A DNA stretch of 64,000 bases from a virus (Duplodnaviria; Caudoviricetes): positions 32,001 through 96,000 of the IMG/VR virus record IMGVR_UViG_2868569063_000004, one strand, 5' to 3'. Positions 60,226 through 64,000 of this stretch are shown one piece after another. Made by a program: the position numbers and the translations under genes. Each line of letters starts with the position of its first letter. The stretch's first letter is position 1. The notes under the pieces were generated by a model. The model worked only from the letters and a program-made list of their open reading frames with translations, had not been told where the DNA came from and made no database searches.

Positions 60226-60621
60226 ATGACATTTGAAGAAGCTAAACAGCGTTCGGATTACTGTTTTAGACTCAACGGAATCCAACTTCTAATAAGGAAT
60301 ATAAGAGAAGAGCATTTAGAAATTGATCTCGATAATGGTCCTCTTATAGGTAAAGCTGTATTGGAAATAGGTTATGTTGATATTGAAGTAAATATTTCTG
60401 TTCTCGGAATGTTTAACGAAATACCAACATATAAACCGACTATTGAATATTTTACTTGTTTAAAAACGGAGAATGATTGGGAGCCTATTGAATATATTGG
60501 GACTGGAGCAGATGTGGATTGGTGGAGTAACAGATGGAAAGAAGAGTTGGAAGAAGATATGTTTTTAGCATTAAATGAATATGTGGAAAGTGCAGGACTC
60601 AGCTATGATGAACCAAATTGA
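60226..60621 (+). CDS. Hypothetical protein
   Basis: Start MTFEEA with SD GAGGTG. Confidence 0.7.
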   Translation: MTFEEAKQRSDYCFRLNGIQLLIRNIREEHLEIDLDNGPLIGKAVLEIGYVDIEVNISVLGMFNEIPTYKPTIEYFTCLKTENDWEPIEYIGTGADVDWWSNRWKEELEEDMFLALNEYVESAGLSYDEPN

Positions 60622-60635
60622 AGGAGGAAAGAAGA

Positions 60636-61427
60636 ATGGATAAAGCTTGGTTAGAACAGAAAATAAAAGAATGTGAAAGTGCCCGGCCTGAGATTGAAAA
60701 AATACTTAGGAACAAGCTGCATTTGGATGATAAGGAATTTGAGAAAATCATGGATTGTCTCGAATCTCCTTGTTATACTACTGCAATACAAGAATTAAAC
60801 ATGGTACTTATTATGAAATATGTGGATGATTCTACAAAAACTTATGAAGAATATAAAGAATTATCAGAACTTACAGGAATTGAAGAGCTGTTTTATAAAT
60901 ACACCAAGAAAAATTGGATTGATGCATATTTAGATGGAGAGCCAATGGAATTTGATGGAGATATTATTATCACAGATCCTTGTTATATCATGAAAGAAGA
61001 TGATGATTGGGCAACATGTGCCTACGGAGAGGATATGGAAGCACTTGGAATAACTCACTATATGACAAGAGATACTCTCTATGGAGATTGGAGTTGTACT
61101 ACTTTTGATACTGATACAAAAGAAGCTATTGGTGAGTTTTGTGCAGATGCTGGTTTAGTGTCAGTATTTTTATTAGATGAAGTCCTGAAATATAATCCAT
61201 ATTATAAAGATCATTTAAAAAATAAATGGACGGTTACTTGGATTAAAGATTTCAAAGGAACTGTAGAATTTGTCGTTAAGCACATTGAGGGCTACTATGA
61301 AGAAGATACCGACTACTGGAAAAAAGGTGACTACTGGGAAGATTATGTTTTAGAAGTAGTAGGACATGGCATTAACAAAGTTACTGGTAAACCAATTAAC
61401 TTTGTTGGAAAGCAAACAGGTTTATAA
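60636..61427 (+). CDS. Hypothetical phage protein
   Basis: ITDPCY...TLYGDW...FCADAGLV motifs. Confidence 0.75.
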   Translation: MDKAWLEQKIKECESARPEIEKILRNKLHLDDKEFEKIMDCLESPCYTTAIQELNMVLIMKYVDDSTKTYEEYKELSELTGIEELFYKYTKKNWIDAYLDGEPMEFDGDIIITDPCYIMKEDDDWATCAYGEDMEALGITHYMTRDTLYGDWSCTTFDTDTKEAIGEFCADAGLVSVFLLDEVLKYNPYYKDHLKNKWTVTWIKDFKGTVEFVVKHIEGYYEEDTDYWKKGDYWEDYVLEVVGHGINKVTGKPINFVGKQTGL

Positions 61428-61428
61428 T

Positions 61429-61650
61429 ATGATTCCGAACAAAAAAGGATTACAAGTTATTATGAAAGGCACTTTTACTCCAGGATGGGAAAATAGAATT
61501 TTTACATTAACTGGAGAAAAACAAATAAATGATTGGGTAAATGTCTACTATCCAGTAATGGAGAATGTTAATCCTGTCAATAGATGTTTTATGGTGCCGC
61601 TAAATTCGTTAAAATTATTAATTTTAAATAAACAAGAAAAGGAGAACTAA
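61429..61650 (+). CDS. Small hypothetical protein
   Basis: Start MIPNKKG; ends SLKLLILNK. Confidence 0.55.
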   Translation: MIPNKKGLQVIMKGTFTPGWENRIFTLTGEKQINDWVNVYYPVMENVNPVNRCFMVPLNSLKLLILNKQEKEN

Positions 61651-61654
61651 AATT

Positions 61655-61921
61655 ATGAAAATGAGCTATGATGTACAGGTTGAGGAGTTAGGAGCAAACA
61701 GAAGAGGTCTTGTTACTTCAGAAGAGGGAAGAGCTATTGTTGAGTTTATGAAAACAAGTAGAGCCAACATGTGCTTTGAGTACGATGATGAGGCTGAAGC
61801 TAAAAGAAGAGCTTCTGCAGTAATGAATTGTTGCAAGAGACTCAATGAAGAAGGCGAAAAAGAAGTTATTAAATACGCTAAACGTGGAAATAAAATCTAC
61901 GTCATTAAAGTGACGGAATAA
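61655..61921 (+). CDS. Hypothetical protein
   Basis: 88 aa with SD. Confidence 0.7.
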   Translation: MKMSYDVQVEELGANRRGLVTSEEGRAIVEFMKTSRANMCFEYDDEAEAKRRASAVMNCCKRLNEEGEKEVIKYAKRGNKIYVIKVTE

Positions 61922-61932
61922 GGAGGAGTCTT

Positions 61933-62352
61933 ATGTTAGACATTAACAAGAGAGTGAGGTGTGAGGGAACAACTGTTGCAGAGATGATTGAAGCTCTGCA
62001 GCGGTTGCCTCAGGATGGTGTTGTCCATTTCACAGGGAAAAAGAAAGGTTATATCCACTGTGATCCAGAGAGTAAAACAATAGATTTTGATACTGATGAA
62101 CTTAGTGCCATGTATGAAGAAGTTTCAGAAGAACCTAAGGAATACTATCTAGTGTATATAGATACTTATTTCAAAGAATATGTAGCCGTAAAAGCACAGA
62201 ATCATTTCGAAGCCGAAGCAAAAGCACGAGATTTAAGCCAGATAAACTTTAATGGAATGAATAAAGAAGTCTATGTTTGTGCTACATGTAATGCTCATAC
62301 AAAAACTTATGCACAAGAACGTAATTACAGAATTATAGAGGAGGACGTATGA
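61933..62352 (+). CDS. Hypothetical protein
   Basis: 139 aa; TVAEMIEALQRLP. Confidence 0.7.
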   Translation: MLDINKRVRCEGTTVAEMIEALQRLPQDGVVHFTGKKKGYIHCDPESKTIDFDTDELSAMYEEVSEEPKEYYLVYIDTYFKEYVAVKAQNHFEAEAKARDLSQINFNGMNKEVYVCATCNAHTKTYAQERNYRIIEEDV

Positions 62353-62621
62353 AATTAAGAATAGGCTTTGTAACTAATAGTTCCTCATCCAGTTTTACTA
62401 TTGCTAAAAGTGATTTAACAGATGAACAGATTGAGAAGATTAAAAATTACTTTGAAGTTGCAAAAGAAGTTGGAATGAATGATTTCGATGATTTGTGGGA
62501 TATTGATGAAACAAATTTTGGAATTAGAGGCTTTACATGTATGGACAATGGAGATATGAACAAGTTTCTAAGGCTAATTGGTATTAACAGAGATATTGTT
62601 GAATGGGAGGATTGGTCATGA
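62349..62621 (+). CDS. FVTNSSSSSF-motif protein 1
   Basis: MKLRIGFVTNSSSSSF. Confidence 0.8.
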   Translation: MKLRIGFVTNSSSSSFTIAKSDLTDEQIEKIKNYFEVAKEVGMNDFDDLWDIDETNFGIRGFTCMDNGDMNKFLRLIGINRDIVEWEDWS

Positions 62622-63076
62622 AAATTAGAAAAGGATTCGTAACTAATAGCAGCAGCAGTAGTTTCATTCTTGGTTTTACAAGTGAAGAAAATATCAAAAA
62701 AGAATTGGAAGCAGAGGATCTCAAAGAATATTTTGATGAGGTCCTGGAAGATGTAATGAGAGCTACAAAATTGACTAAAGATGAAGCTTTGGAAGGGTAT
62801 TCAAAAGAAATTTATTATGATACTCTCTGGGATTTAGAGTATAGACTTGATGTACCTTATGATAAGAAGTTCGAAATACGAGAAACGAAAGAGTTTCAGA
62901 ATAAGCTCAATAAAGCAATAACAGATAGGGTGTCTGAGTTAGAGGAAGATATGCAAGGGTACTCTGTATTTGTAGAGATTAATTATTCAGACGAGGATGG
63001 TCTTAGGTATTCAACCCTTGAACATCACATTGCACTGAATATGAATTGTTGTCTTGCTGTTATTAGTCATCATTAA
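62618..63076 (+). CDS. FVTNSSSSSF-motif protein 2
   Basis: MKIRKGFVTNSSSSSF; ATGA-coupled. Confidence 0.8.
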   Translation: MKIRKGFVTNSSSSSFILGFTSEENIKKELEAEDLKEYFDEVLEDVMRATKLTKDEALEGYSKEIYYDTLWDLEYRLDVPYDKKFEIRETKEFQNKLNKAITDRVSELEEDMQGYSVFVEINYSDEDGLRYSTLEHHIALNMNCCLAVISHH

Positions 63077-63107
63077 AAATGTAGGTATTAGAAAGGGTGT
63101 GGAGAAA

Positions 63108-63650
63108 ATGGGAAATTACTATGAAGGAAAATTAATTTTTGGATTGAAAAGAAATCTTCCAGATGAACTGTTACATGATTTATCAGTGCTTGCAAGCGAG
63201 CGGAGCTGTGATAGAGATATAAAACCACTGTTACAGCATAGAGAATTAAAAGAGTCTAAATGGATGAATCATTATAGAGCTTTATATCCGACTTACACAT
63301 TAGAATTTTCAGAAGGAGTGTGGTTCTTGACTGCCAGCTTCTGTATGAAAGGATACATGTACCTAGGTGATGACTTAGGGCAAGATATTTATGACTTTCT
63401 GTATCCATATTTTAATTCAGACATTCTTGATGAAGCAGATGGTGGCTATATAGGCACTATTGAAGATGAAGATGGAACCTACCGGAAAGAATTCTATGCA
63501 AACTATGAGCGATTCAATAAAATCATAGAAAATAGAGAATACTTGTGTAAAGGTTGCTATAAGAAAATGGATGGATCGTTGTGTAATGATTGGAAGTATT
63601 GTAAAAGAGCATATGATATAGGAAGGGGTGATACCATTGAAGATTCGTAA
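63108..63650 (+). CDS. Hypothetical protein
   Basis: Start MGNYYEG with SD GGAG. Confidence 0.7.
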   Translation: MGNYYEGKLIFGLKRNLPDELLHDLSVLASERSCDRDIKPLLQHRELKESKWMNHYRALYPTYTLEFSEGVWFLTASFCMKGYMYLGDDLGQDIYDFLYPYFNSDILDEADGGYIGTIEDEDGTYRKEFYANYERFNKIIENREYLCKGCYKKMDGSLCNDWKYCKRAYDIGRGDTIEDS

Positions 63651-64000
63651 CGGATTTGTAACTAATAGTAGTTCTTCAAGTTTTATTATTGGCAAAGCAA
63701 ACGACAACACAGTAACTATTGATTCGGTATATCAAGAAATAAAAGAACTTTATAAACAATATTATAAATCTTGTTCTGAAATGTATAGCTATGTAGAAGA
63801 GTATTATCCTGATGTATTTGAAGTTGTCACTGAAAAAAGAGGTAAATATTTACACTCAAAGAAATCATGGGATTGTACAAAAATTGCTGACACTCAGTTA
63901 AGATTGATGTTTGGTCTTGATCATTATGAAGAATTACCGGAAATAATTGATTGGATCGGCTGTGAGACATACAAAGATTATGTTAATTTTTGGACTCCTA
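63637..64000 (+). CDS. FVTNSSSSSF-motif protein 3 (partial)
   Basis: TTG start, MKIRNGFVTNSSSSSF; open to the window end. Confidence 0.75.
   Translation, partial: MKIRNGFVTNSSSSSFIIGKANDNTVTIDSVYQEIKELYKQYYKSCSEMYSYVEEYYPDVFEVVTEKRGKYLHSKKSWDCTKIADTQLRLMFGLDHYEELPEIIDWIGCETYKDYVNFWTP

Noticed and set aside
45463-61650. Integron-like cassette array with att-type DNA repeats
   Set aside because: Genes overlap with no intergenic repeats; the shared signal is visible at protein level, not as a conserved DNA site.

Overview
64 kb of a large, AT-rich tailed phage of Firmicutes (probably Clostridia-type host) with SPbeta-like gene order. The minus strand (1-38154) holds the late module: a YonO-like RNA polymerase, PIN-PhoH, ClpP, HU, five tRNAs, terminase, portal, scaffold, capsid, neck and tail genes, and the tape measure protein (TMP). 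After a divergent promoter region (~38.2-39.7 kb), the plus strand holds a dense early/accessory region of small genes. Main finding: the TMP gene is split by a 3846-nt group I intron (4741-8586, minus strand). Its splice sites, internal guide, P7, P9.0 and a long-range clamp stem can be read from the sequence. It has no recognisable homing endonuclease; instead it loops out a ~3.4-kb cassette of independently promoted accessory genes and gene scars. A second, conventional group I intron with an HNH gene splits the RNA polymerase catalytic motif (DCD^GD). In the early region about 22 small proteins from several unrelated families share a C-terminal L-x-x-L-I-x-x-R tag, and three proteins share an N-terminal MKxRxGFVTNSSSSSF motif downstream of a radical SAM/SPASM gene. 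All calls come from manual reading; no database searches were run.
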